Shown here: positions 9,984 to 21,137 of the stretch, piece by piece
How positions within the stretch are numbered: the first letter of the stretch is position 1
Layout: the number at the start of each line of letters is the position of its first letter
Source: Acidobacteriota bacterium
GTDB lineage: Bacteria > Acidobacteriota > UBA890 > WLXD01
Length of the DNA stretch: 64,000 nucleotides
Direction of reading: 5' to 3'
NCBI GenBank assembly: GCA_965205505.1
Contig: CBDBHB010000008.1
Span: 256,001-320,000, forward strand
Notes under the pieces: model-generated
Seen by the model: only the letters and a program-made list of their open reading frames with translations
What the model was told of the DNA's origin: nothing
Databases searched by the model: none
Translations under genes and position numbers: made by a program

Positions 9984-10859
9984 TTAGCTCGAAAGCACCT
10001 CGAGAGCCTTGGTGCCAATTTCCGACGGGCTGGCCACAACGTGGGCACCAGCATCCCGCAGTGCCTTCATCTTCTCCGCAGCCGTCCCCTTGCCGCCCGC
10101 GATGATGGCGCCCGCGTGCCCCATGCGCTTACCGGGAGGGGCCGTCTGTCCGGCGATAAAAGAAACCACCGGGAGCGCGTAGTCGTCGGCAATGTACTCT
10201 GCCGCCTCCTCCTCACCGCTGCCACCGATCTCGCCGATCAACACCACGGCCTCCGTCTGCTCGTCCTCAACAAACAGTTCCAGGCAGTCGCGGAACGTCG
10301 TGCCGATCACAGGGTCGCCACCGATGCCGATGCACGTCGATTGGCCGAGGCCTGCACGTGTCAGCTGGTCTACCGCCTCGTAGGTAAGCGTGCCGGAACG
10401 TGAGATCACCCCGACACGCCCTTGCTGATGCACGAACCCCGGCATGATGCCGACCTTGCACCTACCCGGCGAGATCACTCCAGGACAGTTGGGACCAATG
10501 AGCCTGGTACCCCGGCCGTTGCAGTAGCCGACAACGTCGACCATGTCGAGCGTCGGAATACCCTCGGTGATGCAGATGACCAATCGCATACCGGCATCAG
10601 CCGCCTCCATGACCGCGTCGGGAGCGAACGGCGGCGGGACGAACACCAGCGAGATCTCCGCTTCGGTCTCGCGCACCGCATCGAGCACCGTGTCGTATAC
10701 CGGTACCGAGTCGTCGAAGCGGGTGCCACCTTTCCCGGGAGTCACTCCGGCGACAATGCACGTACCGTACTCGATGCATTGGCGGCTATGGAACGAGCCT
10801 TCCGTACCGGTAATCCCTTGGACGAGGACGCGCGTGTCAGCGTCAACCAGGATGCTCAA
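9984..10859 (-). CDS. sucD: Succinyl-CoA ligase alpha subunit
   Basis: [31 protein letters not shown] and MGHAGA. Confidence 0.98.
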   Translation of the reverse strand: MSILVDADTRVLVQGITGTEGSFHSRQCIEYGTCIVAGVTPGKGGTRFDDSVPVYDTVLDAVRETEAEISLVFVPPPFAPDAVMEAADAGMRLVICITEGIPTLDMVDVVGYCNGRGTRLIGPNCPGVISPGRCKVGIMPGFVHQQGRVGVISRSGTLTYEAVDQLTRAGLGQSTCIGIGGDPVIGTTFRDCLELFVEDEQTEAVVLIGEIGGSGEEEAAEYIADDYALPVVSFIAGQTAPPGKRMGHAGAIIAGGKGTAAEKMKALRDAGAHVVASPSEIGTKALEVLSS

Positions 10860-12037
10860 CCAGATCCTCCGCCGGCCGCATCCACAGCCTTCCGCGCCGC
10901 CTCTTGAAGGGTTTCAGCAACCATGAACTCGAGCTCCGAGCTGCGTAGGATCTCGCGCCCCTCCTCAGCATTGGTGCCTTGTAGTCGAACCACGACGGGA
11001 ACCTTCACCTCGACCGTGTCCAACGCCTCGATCACACCCTGCGCTACTCGATCGCCCCGCACGATGCCGCCGAAGATGTTGATCAACACCGCCTTCACCT
11101 GCTCGCCCTTCATCAGGATTCGAAACGCGTTGGCCACGCGCTCGACCGACGCGCCGCCGCCCACATCCAGAAAGTTGGCGGGGAATCCTCCGGCGTTGCT
11201 AATCTCGTCCATGGTGCCCATCGCCAACCCGGCGCCGTTCACCATGCAGCCCACGGTGCCATCGAGCGCTACGTAGCTCAGAGAATGCTCCGATGCTTCG
11301 AGCTCGAGCGGATCCTCCTCGCTGCGATCGCGTAGTTCGGCCAGGTCTGCATGGCGGTACAAGGCATTCTCGTCGAGCACGATCTTGGCATCGAGCACGA
11401 TGACCTCGCCGTCCGGCCCGATCGCCAGCGGGTTGATCTCGGCGAGCGCAGCATCGAGCTCGTCATAGGCGCGCGCTAGCTTCATGATCGTGGCAGCCAC
11501 TCGGCGAGCCACACGACCCTCGAGGCCAAGCCGGTAGGCGAGGCGCGCCGCCTGGAACGGACGTAACCCCCATCCGGGAACGCAGGGCTCCTTGAGAATC
11601 GCCTCCGGGTTGCGCTCGGCGACCTCCTCGATCTCGACGCCGCCCTCGGCGGACGCGATCACCACCGGGCAGCGAGCCGATCGGTCGATGGTAAGCGCGA
11701 GGTAGAGCTCGTCGACAATATCGGCGCCGGCCTCGATCAATAGCTGGCGCACGACCACCCCTTGGGATCCGGTCTGTGGCGTGATCAGCGCGTTCCCCAG
11801 CATGGCTCCGGCGAATTCACCCGCCTGTTGCGGGGTGTCGGCAAGCTTGATGCCGCCGCCCTTGCCACGCCCGCCGGCGTGCACCTGCGCCTTCACCGCA
11901 AAGCGCGTTGCCCCCTCGGCGGCGAGGTTCTCGGCGACCTCGCGGGCCTCGTCGGCACTCGTCGCCACCGCACTCGCGAGAACGTTCAACCCGCGCTGAC
12001 GCAGCAGCTCTTTGGACTGATACTCGTGCAGCTTCAA
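10856..12037 (-). CDS. sucC: Succinyl-CoA ligase beta subunit
   Basis: [33 protein letters not shown] and NFLDVGGG; the TTG start overlaps the bioY stop. Confidence 0.97.
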   Translation of the reverse strand: MKLHEYQSKELLRQRGLNVLASAVATSADEAREVAENLAAEGATRFAVKAQVHAGGRGKGGGIKLADTPQQAGEFAGAMLGNALITPQTGSQGVVVRQLLIEAGADIVDELYLALTIDRSARCPVVIASAEGGVEIEEVAERNPEAILKEPCVPGWGLRPFQAARLAYRLGLEGRVARRVAATIMKLARAYDELDAALAEINPLAIGPDGEVIVLDAKIVLDENALYRHADLAELRDRSEEDPLELEASEHSLSYVALDGTVGCMVNGAGLAMGTMDEISNAGGFPANFLDVGGGASVERVANAFRILMKGEQVKAVLINIFGGIVRGDRVAQGVIEALDTVEVKVPVVVRLQGTNAEEGREILRSSELEFMVAETLQEAARKAVDAAGGGSG

Positions 12038-12609
12038 CGCGTCGACAACGGATTGGGCCAACGCCGTACAGCGGCCGAAACCAGCAGGATCTTCAGGGAG
12101 TCGCCGGGGATGAACGGCGCCGCGCCCATCAGAAACGCCTGTCCAGGCGACAGGTCAAGCAGCAGCGCGAGGTGGAGAGCCCCGCACGTGAGGACGATGA
12201 CGGACGCCACCACCATCGAGCCCGCCGTGCGCAGCCAGGATCGTGTGCGCCCGTCGAGAAGCGTGGAGAGCACGATAGCCGCCACGAACCAGCCGAGAAC
12301 GTAGCCGCCAGTCGCACCCGTGAACGCCGCCAGCCCGCCGCGCAAGCCAGACAGGATCGGTACCCCCAGAATCGCCAGACCGACATACAGCGCCAGGCCT
12401 GAAAGCGCCGCACGCCGCCCGAGCCAGGCCGCACCGACGTAGAGCACCAGGGTTTGCAGGGTGATCGGCACCGGGGTGAACGGCAGCGGAATGCGAATCT
12501 GCGCGGCCACTGCCAGGGCCGCGGCGAACGCAACCGAGAGTGCCAGCAAACGAGCCACCGAAACCACGTCGTCACGAGCTCCGAGCACACTGGATTCAGC
12601 GGTGTTCAC
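12034..12609 (-). CDS. bioY: Biotin transporter BioY
   Basis: PFTPVPITLQTL, GATGGYVLG and PFIPGD; GTG start with GGAGG upstream. Confidence 0.92.
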   Translation of the reverse strand: MNTAESSVLGARDDVVSVARLLALSVAFAAALAVAAQIRIPLPFTPVPITLQTLVLYVGAAWLGRRAALSGLALYVGLAILGVPILSGLRGGLAAFTGATGGYVLGWFVAAIVLSTLLDGRTRSWLRTAGSMVVASVIVLTCGALHLALLLDLSPGQAFLMGAAPFIPGDSLKILLVSAAVRRWPNPLSTR

Positions 12610-12725
12610 GGCGGTACCTCCAACGGTTTCAACGGTAGCAAACGCACCGATCAGCGTGGCTACTACGGACAAGCAGCGAGGCTACCATGGCCGGATAGCG
12701 GGTCAAGCAGCCCCTGGTCCCCGGC

Positions 12726-13754
12726 TCATGGGGCCGCCGCGATGGTGCGCTCGACCGCCGGTGCGATGAGACGCAGCCGGCCCATGAGCCGTTCGAATTG
12801 CTCCGGAAACAGCGACTGCGGACCGTCCGACAGCGCCGCATCGGGGTCGTGATGCACCTCGACCAACAGCCCGTCCGCCCCGGCGGCCAACGCAGCGCAC
12901 GCCAACGGCGGCACCTTGTCGCGGATGCCGATCGCGTGACTCGGATCGCCGATGATCGGCAGGTGAGACAGCTTCTGCACGATCGGGAACGCCGAGACGT
13001 CGAAGGTATTGCGGCTGTACACCTCGAACGTCCGGATGCCCCGCTCGCACAAAATGACGTTCTGGTTACCACCCGCCATGATGTACTCGGCAGACATGAG
13101 CCATTCCTCGATGGTCGCCGACAGACCCCGCTTCAGAAGCACTGGCGTCTGCTGCCGACCGAGCGCCTTGAGCAACGCGAAGTTCTGCATGTTGCGCGCC
13201 CCGACTTGAAAGATGTCGACATATTCGGACATGAGCTCAATCTGCGGTGCGTCCATCACCTCGGAGATGGTCTTCAGACCGTGTGCGTCGGCGGCAGCAC
13301 GCAGAAAGCGCAGCCCATCACCACCCAGGCCCTGAAACGAGTACGGCGAGGAGCGAGGCTTGAAGGCGCCGCCACGCAGCACCTGAGCCCCAGCGCGCGC
13401 CACGCACTCAGCGACCTTGTGGATCTGCTCCTCGCTCTCGACGCCGCAGGGGCCTGCCATCATCACCACCTGCTCGCCACCGATCACGACATCGCCGAGC
13501 CGGATTCGGGTCCCCTCCGGTTTGAACGAGTGCCCGACAAGCTTGTACGGCTTGGAGATCTTGAGAACCTCTTTGACGCCAGTGAGAACCTCCAGCTCGC
13601 GAGGGTCGACCTCGACCGCCTTGCCACCGACCGCGCCGACGACCGTGCGCTCGACGCCAGTCGAACGGTGCGCGTCGAACCCCAGCGCCGTAAGCCGCTC
13701 GATGACGCGCTCGATTTGGAGCTCATCGGCCCCTGACTCCATGATGATTACCAT
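12726..13754 (-). CDS. aroF: 3-deoxy-7-phosphoheptulonate (DAHP) synthase, type I-beta with N-terminal regulatory domain
   Basis: MAGPC, RGGAFKPRSSPYSFQG, QVGARNMQNF, LLKRG and DPSH. Confidence 0.95.
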   Translation of the reverse strand: MVIIMESGADELQIERVIERLTALGFDAHRSTGVERTVVGAVGGKAVEVDPRELEVLTGVKEVLKISKPYKLVGHSFKPEGTRIRLGDVVIGGEQVVMMAGPCGVESEEQIHKVAECVARAGAQVLRGGAFKPRSSPYSFQGLGGDGLRFLRAAADAHGLKTISEVMDAPQIELMSEYVDIFQVGARNMQNFALLKALGRQQTPVLLKRGLSATIEEWLMSAEYIMAGGNQNVILCERGIRTFEVYSRNTFDVSAFPIVQKLSHLPIIGDPSHAIGIRDKVPPLACAALAAGADGLLVEVHHDPDAALSDGPQSLFPEQFERLMGRLRLIAPAVERTIAAAP

Positions 13755-13862
13755 ACCGACTCCTGCAGCGATCACGCTGGCTAGATCTGCCGCTACCGTT
13801 GACATCTTAGTGTCCTATAAGAGTTGTGTTGCGTTTCGCGAGCTCGTTGCATTGCGTCAACC

Positions 13863-14150
13863 CTACTTGACCCTCTGAAGACGGCGAGTCTCGTCGAGGA
13901 TGCGCTCGAATACGCGGCGGACTGCGGCGTCGTCTAGCGGTCCGCGGTTCGCTTCTACGGCGCGCCTGAAGATCTCCTCTTCACGGCGAGGCTGGTAGGT
14001 GGGCTCGTTCAGCACTTCCTTCGCTGCGCCGATAAGGCGAGCATACTCGGCGCGACGGTTCAGCAACGCCACAAGTTCGGGATCGATCTCGTCGATGCGC
14101 TGCCGAGACTCGAGCATCGTGTTGCGGGCATGCTCCGAGCCGCTAGTCAT
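13863..14150 (-). CDS. Chorismate mutase (AroQ type)
   Basis: RQRIDEIDPELVALLNRRA and PRREEEI. Confidence 0.9.
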   Translation of the reverse strand: MTSGSEHARNTMLESRQRIDEIDPELVALLNRRAEYARLIGAAKEVLNEPTYQPRREEEIFRRAVEANRGPLDDAAVRRVFERILDETRRLQRVK

Positions 14151-14974
14151 TCGCCCTCCCGCTTCTCGGTGCCCGGCACCGCCAGCTCGTCGGCGGCGAC
14201 ACGTAGCTCCTTGACGGTCGCGCCCACCGCGGCCGCCGGGTCGGTAGCGGCGTCAATCGCATCGATCAACGCGCTGCCAACCACGACGCCATCGGCCAAC
14301 GGACCGAGCCGCGTGACGTGCTCCGGCTGCTTGACGCCGAAGCCGACTACGAAAGGCTTGCGCGCCTGGCGGCGCACGCGGCCGAGAAACTCGATCGTGC
14401 GCGCCTGCACATCGCCACGCGCTCCGGTGACACCCGTCACGCTGACGCAATACGAAAAATGAGTCGAGGCTTCGTCGACGATGCCGATACGCTCATCCGT
14501 AGCGTTGGGCGCCATGAGAAACACCGCGGCCAGGCCGCATTGCATGCACCCGTTGCGATACTCGGCGGCCTCCTCGGGCGGCAAGTCCGGAACGATCAGC
14601 CCGTCGACGCCAGTCTCCGCGGCGGTGCGCAGGAACTCCTCGAGGCCAAAATGCAAGATCGGGTTGCAGTAGCCCATGAGCACCAACGGTAGGTCCGCTA
14701 TATTCGAATCCGCGCGCAGCTCCGCCACTACCGACAACACCCGCTTCACCGTCATGCCGTTGGACAGCGCGCGCTCACTAGATCGTTGGATGGTGGGCCC
14801 GTCCGCCAGCGGGTCGGAGAACGGCATGCCGATCTCCACCAAGTCCGCTCCAGCCATCGTCATCGCATGCACCAGCGATACGGTCGAATCGAGTTGCGGG
14901 TATCCGGCCGTCACAAACGGGATGATCAGCGGCCTGGCGCCGCGACCGGCGAAGACTCGATCGATCCGGCTCAC
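14147..14974 (-). CDS. trpA: Tryptophan synthase alpha chain
   Basis: [25 protein letters not shown] and GVTGAR. Confidence 0.97.
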   Translation of the reverse strand: MSRIDRVFAGRGARPLIIPFVTAGYPQLDSTVSLVHAMTMAGADLVEIGMPFSDPLADGPTIQRSSERALSNGMTVKRVLSVVAELRADSNIADLPLVLMGYCNPILHFGLEEFLRTAAETGVDGLIVPDLPPEEAAEYRNGCMQCGLAAVFLMAPNATDERIGIVDEASTHFSYCVSVTGVTGARGDVQARTIEFLGRVRRQARKPFVVGFGVKQPEHVTRLGPLADGVVVGSALIDAIDAATDPAAAVGATVKELRVAADELAVPGTEKREGE

Positions 14975-16170
14975 TGGCCCACCTCCCCACGGTATTCGGC
15001 AATCGTAGCGACGTCCTTGTCGCCCCGCCCCGACAGGCACACGATGACGTGGTGCTCTGGAGGCAACTCCCCTCGCTCCGCCATGACGAACAGGTGCGCG
15101 ATGGCGTGTGCCGACTCCAACGCCGGGATGATCCCTTCAATCAGGCACACGCGATCGAACGCTGCCAGGGCCTGATCGTCGGTAATCGCCACGTACTGCG
15201 CACGCCCGCTGGCCTGCAGCGAGGCGTGTTCAGGGCCAACACCAGGGTAGTCGAGCCCGGCCGATATGGAGTGCGCGAGCTGCACCTGGCCGTCGTCATT
15301 CTGCAGCAACAGAGACCTGGCGCCGTGCAGCACTCCAGGCGTGCCGGCCGACAGCGTGGCGGAGTGCTCACCACTATCGATGCCGCGACCACCAGCCTCC
15401 ACGCCGATCAGACGGGCGTCGGTGTCGATGAAGGGGTGAAACAGCCCGATGGCGTTGCTGCCGCCGCCCACACAAGCCATCAGCAGGTCCGGCTGCTCGA
15501 CGCCGGCGCCGCGCAACTGCTCGGCGGCTTCGAGGCCGATGACGCGCTGGAAATCACGCACCATCGTCGGGTACGGGTGTGGGCCGACCACCGACCCGAT
15601 GATGTAGAAGGTCGTATCGACGTTGGTCACCCAGTCGCGGATCGCCTCGTTGGTAGCATCCTTGAGAGTACGGCTGCCCGAGGTCACCGGCACAACGCGC
15701 GCGCCGAGCAACTCCATCCGGAAGACGTTCAACGCCTGGCGACGGATGTCCTCCTCCCCCATGTAGACGACGCAGTCCATGCCGAACATCGCCGCCACGG
15801 TGGCGGCAGCCACGCCATGCTGGCCGGCGCCGGTCTCGGCGATGACGCGCCGCTTACCCATGCGGCGGGCTAGTAGCGCTTGCCCGACGGTGTTGTTGAT
15901 CTTGTGTGCCCCGGTATGAAGAAGGTCTTCCCGCTTCAACCAGATCGTCGCACCGCCGACTTCCTCCGAGAGGCGTCTCGCCCGGTACAAAGGTGTGGGC
16001 CGACCGCAATAGTCGGCGCGCAGGGCTTCCAGCTCGGCTCGAAATTCGCCATCGGCGCGCGCCTCGTCATAGGCCTGTTCCAGCTCGATCACCGCCGGCA
16101 TCAACGTTTCGGGAATGTACTGACCGCCGAACTCCCCGAAACGCCCCGCCGTGGTTGACGCCTCGCTCAT
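14971..16170 (-). CDS. trpB: Tryptophan synthase beta chain
   Basis: [24 protein letters not shown] and [13 protein letters not shown]. Confidence 0.99.
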   Translation of the reverse strand: MSEASTTAGRFGEFGGQYIPETLMPAVIELEQAYDEARADGEFRAELEALRADYCGRPTPLYRARRLSEEVGGATIWLKREDLLHTGAHKINNTVGQALLARRMGKRRVIAETGAGQHGVAAATVAAMFGMDCVVYMGEEDIRRQALNVFRMELLGARVVPVTSGSRTLKDATNEAIRDWVTNVDTTFYIIGSVVGPHPYPTMVRDFQRVIGLEAAEQLRGAGVEQPDLLMACVGGGSNAIGLFHPFIDTDARLIGVEAGGRGIDSGEHSATLSAGTPGVLHGARSLLLQNDDGQVQLAHSISAGLDYPGVGPEHASLQASGRAQYVAITDDQALAAFDRVCLIEGIIPALESAHAIAHLFVMAERGELPPEHHVIVCLSGRGDKDVATIAEYRGEVGQ

Positions 16171-16799
16171 TGAAAGGGCTCCAATGCCCGCGCGAAGGCG
16201 CGGATCAGTCGTGGATCCTTGAGTCCTGGTCGCGACTCCACACCCGACGACACGTCCACCGCCCAGGGCCCGACCCGTTTCACCGCCGCCGCCACCGTGT
16301 GCGGCGTCAGACCGCCAGCGAGCATGATGCGTTGCCGCTGCGCCAACGCGGCCGCAGCCGACCAGTTGGCCCGCATGCCGGTGCCACCGTAGGCACCCTC
16401 GACGGCGGCGTCGATCAGCAGGGAGCAGTCAGAATACCGATCGGCTAGCTGCTGAGCCTGCGCCCCGGTTGTTTGCTCCTCCAGTCGCAACGCCTTGAAC
16501 GCATGGCGTGGCAGGCGCGCACAGATCTCCGGGTCCTCGTCACCAGACAGCTGCACGAAGTCGACACCGACACGATCCACGACGGCGGCCACCTCGACCG
16601 GATCCGGGTCGACGAACACCGCGAACCGCCACGTCTCCTCGGGCAACGCACCCGCGATCGCAGCGGCTCGATCGACCGACACCGAGCGTGGGCTCGGCGG
16701 ATAGAAGACGAATCCGATGGCGTCAGCGCCGGCTTCCACCGCGGCCAGCGCTCCGACCTCTTCAGTAATTCCGCACACCTTCCAGCGCAGCGGCATCAT
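16167..16799 (-). CDS. trpF: Phosphoribosylanthranilate isomerase
   Basis: [21 protein letters not shown] and VDVSSGVE. Confidence 0.96.
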   Translation of the reverse strand: MMPLRWKVCGITEEVGALAAVEAGADAIGFVFYPPSPRSVSVDRAAAIAGALPEETWRFAVFVDPDPVEVAAVVDRVGVDFVQLSGDEDPEICARLPRHAFKALRLEEQTTGAQAQQLADRYSDCSLLIDAAVEGAYGGTGMRANWSAAAALAQRQRIMLAGGLTPHTVAAAVKRVGPWAVDVSSGVESRPGLKDPRLIRAFARALEPFQ

Positions 16800-17590
16800 C
16801 TCGCTCCTTGCAGCAGACGTTGCAGCGCGATCGCGGGATCGGTGGCGCGCACCAGGCTCGTACCCACCAGCACGGCGTCATAGCCGGCAGCTCCGAGCTG
16901 GTGTAGCTCTGTAGCCGACTGGATGCCGCTCTCGCTCACCCGCACGGTAGCGGAGGGAAGCTGCTCGGCGAGTTGGAGGGAGTAGCGCCAGTCGACCCGC
17001 ATCGAGCGCAGGTCACGGTTGTTGATTCCAATCAGACCGCTTCCGGCGGCCACAGCGGCGCCGATCGAATCTGCATCGTGCAGCTCCACGAGCGCATCGA
17101 GTCGCACCTGATGCGCAAGCGCCACCAGTTCCTGCAGCTCCGAAGGCTCCAAGGCTTCGGCGATCAGCAGTACCGCTGCCGCGCCGGCAAGAGCCGCCTG
17201 CTCGATCTGATACGCGTCGATGATGAAGTCCTTGCGAAGCACCGGCAGCTCGACTGCCGCCGCCACGCTGGCCAGGTGCGATAGGCTGCCGCCGAAGAAC
17301 GTCTCCTCGGTCAGCACCGATATCGCGGCGGCGCCGGCGCCGGCGTACTGTCGCGCCAGGTCCACCGGGTCGAACGGCGTCCGTAGCGGCCCCGACAGAG
17401 GGCTGGCGCCCTTGACCTCGGCAATAACCGACACCCCTTCGCCGCGAAGCGCCCGGCGCAACCGCCCAGCTGGGCGGACTAGCGCGCCGCTATCACGAAG
17501 CTTTGCCTGCAACTCTGCCTGCGGCGTCGCTGCCCGGTCCGCGACTGCCTTCTGGCGCGCTGTCTCGACGAGGCGCTCAAGGGTGATCAT
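16796..17590 (-). CDS. trpC: Indole-3-glycerol phosphate synthase
   Basis: IAEVKGASP, SVLTE, LRKDFI, GINNRDL and SESGI. Confidence 0.97.
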   Translation of the reverse strand: MITLERLVETARQKAVADRAATPQAELQAKLRDSGALVRPAGRLRRALRGEGVSVIAEVKGASPLSGPLRTPFDPVDLARQYAGAGAAAISVLTEETFFGGSLSHLASVAAAVELPVLRKDFIIDAYQIEQAALAGAAAVLLIAEALEPSELQELVALAHQVRLDALVELHDADSIGAAVAAGSGLIGINNRDLRSMRVDWRYSLQLAEQLPSATVRVSESGIQSATELHQLGAAGYDAVLVGTSLVRATDPAIALQRLLQGAR

Positions 17591-18609
17591 GGCGCCGGCT
17601 CGCCGCTCGTCGCGGCCACTAGTCGCTTCAGGGTCGTCGATGCCGCCCCGGTGTCGATCGCATTGGCGGCGGCATCCACTCCTTGCACCAACGTGCCGGC
17701 AACGCCGCCCACCTGCAGCGCCGCACCGGCGTTCAGCAACACGATGTCGCGCCGCGGCCCGGGCTCACCCGCCAGTACGGAGCGAACGATCGTGGCGTTG
17801 TCTGCCGCCGAGCCGCCGGCGAGGTCCTGCGCGCGAGCGCCTGTAAGGCCCACTTCCTCGGGCGTCACCGAGTACATCCGTACCTGGTCACCATCCCATT
17901 CTGCCACCTCGGTAGCGCCCAGCAGCGACAGTTCGTCCATGTTCCCGGCACCGTGCACCACCATGGCGTGCGCGGCGCCGAGTTGTCCAAGCACCTCCGC
18001 CAACGGCCGAACCAGCGCGGAGTCGTACACGCCCACCACCTGGCGCCGCGCCCCGGCGGGATTGGTGAGGGGCCCGAGCAGGTTGAAGACGGTGCGCAGG
18101 CCGAGCTCACGTCGCGGTCCCACTGCATGCTTCATGGCGGGATGCTGTGAGGGGGCAAACAGGAACGCGATACCGGCATCGGCGAGACTACGCCGGAGAC
18201 TCGCCTGGTCGGCGACGAGCGTCACACCCAGCGCTTCTAGCACATCGGCGCTGCCACACGCGCTGGACACGGCGCGATTGCCATGCTTGGCGATGGGCAC
18301 GCCGGCGGCGGCCGCCACCAGTGCCGCCGCGGTTGAGATGTTGAACGTATCCGCGCCGTCGCCGCCAGTTCCGCAAGTGTCGACCAAGCCGCGCGTCTCC
18401 AGGTCGACGGGATTCGCGGCGCCGCGCATCGCAGCCGCGAAACCGGCGATCTCATCGACCGTCTCTCCGCGGATCCGCAGCGCCACCAAGAAGCCGGCGA
18501 TCTGTGCCGGCGTTGCCTCGCCGCGCATGATGAGTCGCATGGCCGAATGCGCCTCTTCGTGGTCCAGCTTCTCACCGTCGACGACTCGCGCCAGCAGTTC
18601 CTTGATCAC
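17587..18609 (-). CDS. trpD: Anthranilate phosphoribosyltransferase
   Basis: DTCGTGGDG, NIST, KHGNRAVSS and FNLLGPLTNP. Confidence 0.98.
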   Translation of the reverse strand: MIKELLARVVDGEKLDHEEAHSAMRLIMRGEATPAQIAGFLVALRIRGETVDEIAGFAAAMRGAANPVDLETRGLVDTCGTGGDGADTFNISTAAALVAAAAGVPIAKHGNRAVSSACGSADVLEALGVTLVADQASLRRSLADAGIAFLFAPSQHPAMKHAVGPRRELGLRTVFNLLGPLTNPAGARRQVVGVYDSALVRPLAEVLGQLGAAHAMVVHGAGNMDELSLLGATEVAEWDGDQVRMYSVTPEEVGLTGARAQDLAGGSAADNATIVRSVLAGEPGPRRDIVLLNAGAALQVGGVAGTLVQGVDAAANAIDTGAASTTLKRLVAATSGEPAP

Positions 18610-19208
18610 CCCGGCTCCTCCACGCAGGTGCGCGCCGACCCGGAGACCAAGGCCAGGAAGTTGCGCAGCAACCTCGGTCCCTCGTGCGTCGCGATCGACT
18701 CGGGGTGGAACTGCACGCCGAACAGCGGCCTGCTTCGATGGCGCATCGCCATGATCAGGCCTCCGGGTGCCGTCGCGGTGACCTCGAGCTGCTCGGGAAA
18801 ATCACGCGACGACACCACCAGCGAATGGTATCTGGCCGCTTTGAGCGGCAACGAGAGGCCCTCGAAAAGCGCCTCGCCATCGTGCTGAACTAGCGTCGTC
18901 TTGCCGTGAACGACCTCCGGTGCCAGCTCGATTCCGGCACCGAACGCGGCGCCCAGCGCCTGATGCCCGAGGCACACCCCGAGCACCGGTGTCCCTTCGT
19001 CGATCCCCTGCACCAAATCGATACAACAGCCCGCGGTCTCTGGGCGCCCGGGGCCCGGCGAGAGCACGACGCCAGCGGGATCCATCATCCGCACCGCCTG
19101 GACGTCGATCTCGTCGTTGCGCCGCACCTGCAAATCTGCACCGAGGGCGCCCAGCGCCTGTACGAGGTTATAGGTGAACGAGTCGTAGTTGTCGACGACC
19201 AGAATCAC
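18606..19208 (-). CDS. trpG: Anthranilate synthase component II (glutamine amidotransferase)
   Basis: DNYDSFTYNL, SPGPGRP, GVCLGHQ and GVQFHPES. Confidence 0.96.
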   Translation of the reverse strand: MILVVDNYDSFTYNLVQALGALGADLQVRRNDEIDVQAVRMMDPAGVVLSPGPGRPETAGCCIDLVQGIDEGTPVLGVCLGHQALGAAFGAGIELAPEVVHGKTTLVQHDGEALFEGLSLPLKAARYHSLVVSSRDFPEQLEVTATAPGGLIMAMRHRSRPLFGVQFHPESIATHEGPRLLRNFLALVSGSARTCVEEPG

Positions 19209-20755
19209 GAGACCACCTCCGAATCGGCGCGGCTACGCGATCGCTGCGCAACGGTGGCGGCGTCAGCCCAGGCCAGCGCCTGTAGCGGAGCCGCCGCCTT
19301 CTCATCGGTCTCGACCAACTCGCGCTCGGCGCGCGAATCGATCACCAGCCCAGCACCTGCCTGCACGCGGGCGACGCCGTCCTGCATGACGATAGTCCGA
19401 ATCGCTATGCACGAGTTGAGGTTGCCAGCGAAGTCGCTGTAAAGCACTGCACCGGCATAGACCCCACGAGCATGCTCCTCGAGCTCGTTGATGATCTCCA
19501 TGGCGCGGATCTTCGGCGCCCCCGACACCGTGCCTGCGGGAAAGCCGGCGAACAGGGCTTCAGTGGGCGACACGTCGGCGCGCAGAACACCGCGCACCGA
19601 AGAAACGATGTGCATCACATGCGAGTAGCGCTCGACGCGCATGAACTCCGGCACCTCGACGGCGCCGTACTCCGCCACCCGCCCGATGTCGTTGCGTCCG
19701 AGGTCCACGAGCATCAGGTGCTCGGCGCACTCCTTCTCGTCGGAAAGAAGCTCTTCCTCCAGGCGCCGGTCGATCTCAGGATCGGCGTCGCGGCGTCTCG
19801 TACCGGCGATCGGCCGATTCTCGACCACACCGTCCTCGACCCGTACGAGCATCTCCGGCGAGGAGCCGACGATCGCTGCCGCACCGGTGTCCAGACAGAA
19901 CATGTAGGGCGAGGGATTGATGGCGCGCAGGGCCCGATAGACAGTCAAGGGCGAAGCATCGGTGTGGCACTCGAGCCGCCGCGACAGGACCACCTGGAAC
20001 ACGTCGCCAGCACGAATATAGTCGCGCGCCCGTTCGACCCCCTCACAGAAGCGCTCGCGGGAAGGCTCCTCGGTCGTCGGCAGCGGCGGTGCCTCGGCCG
20101 GCGCCACCGTGTCGAGTGGCGCGCAATCGGGCGCCTCTGCATCAAGGAGCGCCGCGAGTCGGGTCAGGCGCTCGACCGCATCGTCGTAGGCTCGCCGCAG
20201 GCCGTCGGCGTTGTTCGGGTCCTGCACGTGGGCGTTGGCCACCAGCTTGATGCGGTGCTTCAGGTGGTCGAACGCCAGCAGTGTGTCGTAGAACCCCATG
20301 TACAGCCAGGGCAGCTCGTCTCCCCTCCGTGGGTACGGCACGCGTTCTGCCCAGCGCACCGCGTCGTAGCCGATATAGCCGACGCCGCCACCCGAGAAGG
20401 GAGGCGCTCCCGCCACTTCGGCGCCTCGATAGCGCGCTTGGACCGCCGCCAGGTTGGCCACCGGATCGCCCTCGAGCCGCTGCTCGGGGCCGTCGGCGGG
20501 GCGCAAGACGAGCCCATCGGCGTCACCCAGCAGCTCCAGGAACGGATCGCCGCCCAGGTACGAGTAGCGGCCGATGTGCTCGCCACCCTCGGCACTCTCG
20601 AGCAGAAAGGGTCTGCGCACGTGCCCGGCCAACCGCAGAGCGGCCGACACCGGCGTCAACAGATCGCCGATGCGCTCCATGTAGACCGGTACAACCGTGG
20701 CATCGGCGGACGCCGCCACGAACCCCTCGAAGGCGGGATACGCAGTTAGCGGCAT
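19205..20755 (-). CDS. trpE: Anthranilate synthase component I
   Basis: FLLESAEGG, GDVFQVVLS, NPSPYM, PIAGTR, EHLMLVDLGRND and PAGTVSGAPK. Confidence 0.97.
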   Translation of the reverse strand: MPLTAYPAFEGFVAASADATVVPVYMERIGDLLTPVSAALRLAGHVRRPFLLESAEGGEHIGRYSYLGGDPFLELLGDADGLVLRPADGPEQRLEGDPVANLAAVQARYRGAEVAGAPPFSGGGVGYIGYDAVRWAERVPYPRRGDELPWLYMGFYDTLLAFDHLKHRIKLVANAHVQDPNNADGLRRAYDDAVERLTRLAALLDAEAPDCAPLDTVAPAEAPPLPTTEEPSRERFCEGVERARDYIRAGDVFQVVLSRRLECHTDASPLTVYRALRAINPSPYMFCLDTGAAAIVGSSPEMLVRVEDGVVENRPIAGTRRRDADPEIDRRLEEELLSDEKECAEHLMLVDLGRNDIGRVAEYGAVEVPEFMRVERYSHVMHIVSSVRGVLRADVSPTEALFAGFPAGTVSGAPKIRAMEIINELEEHARGVYAGAVLYSDFAGNLNSCIAIRTIVMQDGVARVQAGAGLVIDSRAERELVETDEKAAAPLQALAWADAATVAQRSRSRADSEVVS

Positions 20756-20833
20756 AGCCTGCGCTCGCGGGCGCACATACACGAGGACCGTCGCCTCACG
20801 GCCAGCCTCCGGTTCGTTTCCGTTGGGGTGGAG

Positions 20834-20968
20834 CTACGCGCCGCAGGCGGGCCGCCGGTATCGCCAATACCAGTAGCCATCGCGCCAAGCGTGCGGTGCG
20901 GTGCGGACGAGGTTCGGCGGAGAGCCCGCGCAAAGCTCGCGGGTCAGGTTCGCAATGTTAGAACTCAT
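20834..20968 (-). promoter_or_regulatory. Putative trp operon leader peptide (44 aa, ...HAWRDGYWYWRYRR...)
   Basis: ATG at 20968 preceded by GGAG; 3 Trp and 3 Tyr codons within 10 codons; stop about 80 nt upstream of trpE. Confidence 0.7.
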
Positions 20969-21137
20969 CGCGCTCTCCGTCGTCATGGCTTCCGGGCACC
21001 CCGGGCGATCCTGCACGGATGTCGTCCCGGGACGCTTGTCTCGCCCCAGTGCGAACGAGCCTAGCAACCGGGTCGGGCCGCGGTCAATCGCGGCGCCGCA
21101 GTCGCGGCTCGTGTTCGATAGACGGGTGCTGCTTGGC

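Noticed and set aside
9973-9985. TAGCAGGCCGT at the rhomboid stop as another MITE end
   Set aside because: Only about 11 nt match and it is preceded by G rather than C; could be chance.
20756-21137. T-box or classical intrinsic-terminator attenuator before trpE
   Set aside because: No T-box consensus and no hairpin followed by a U-run on the coding strand.
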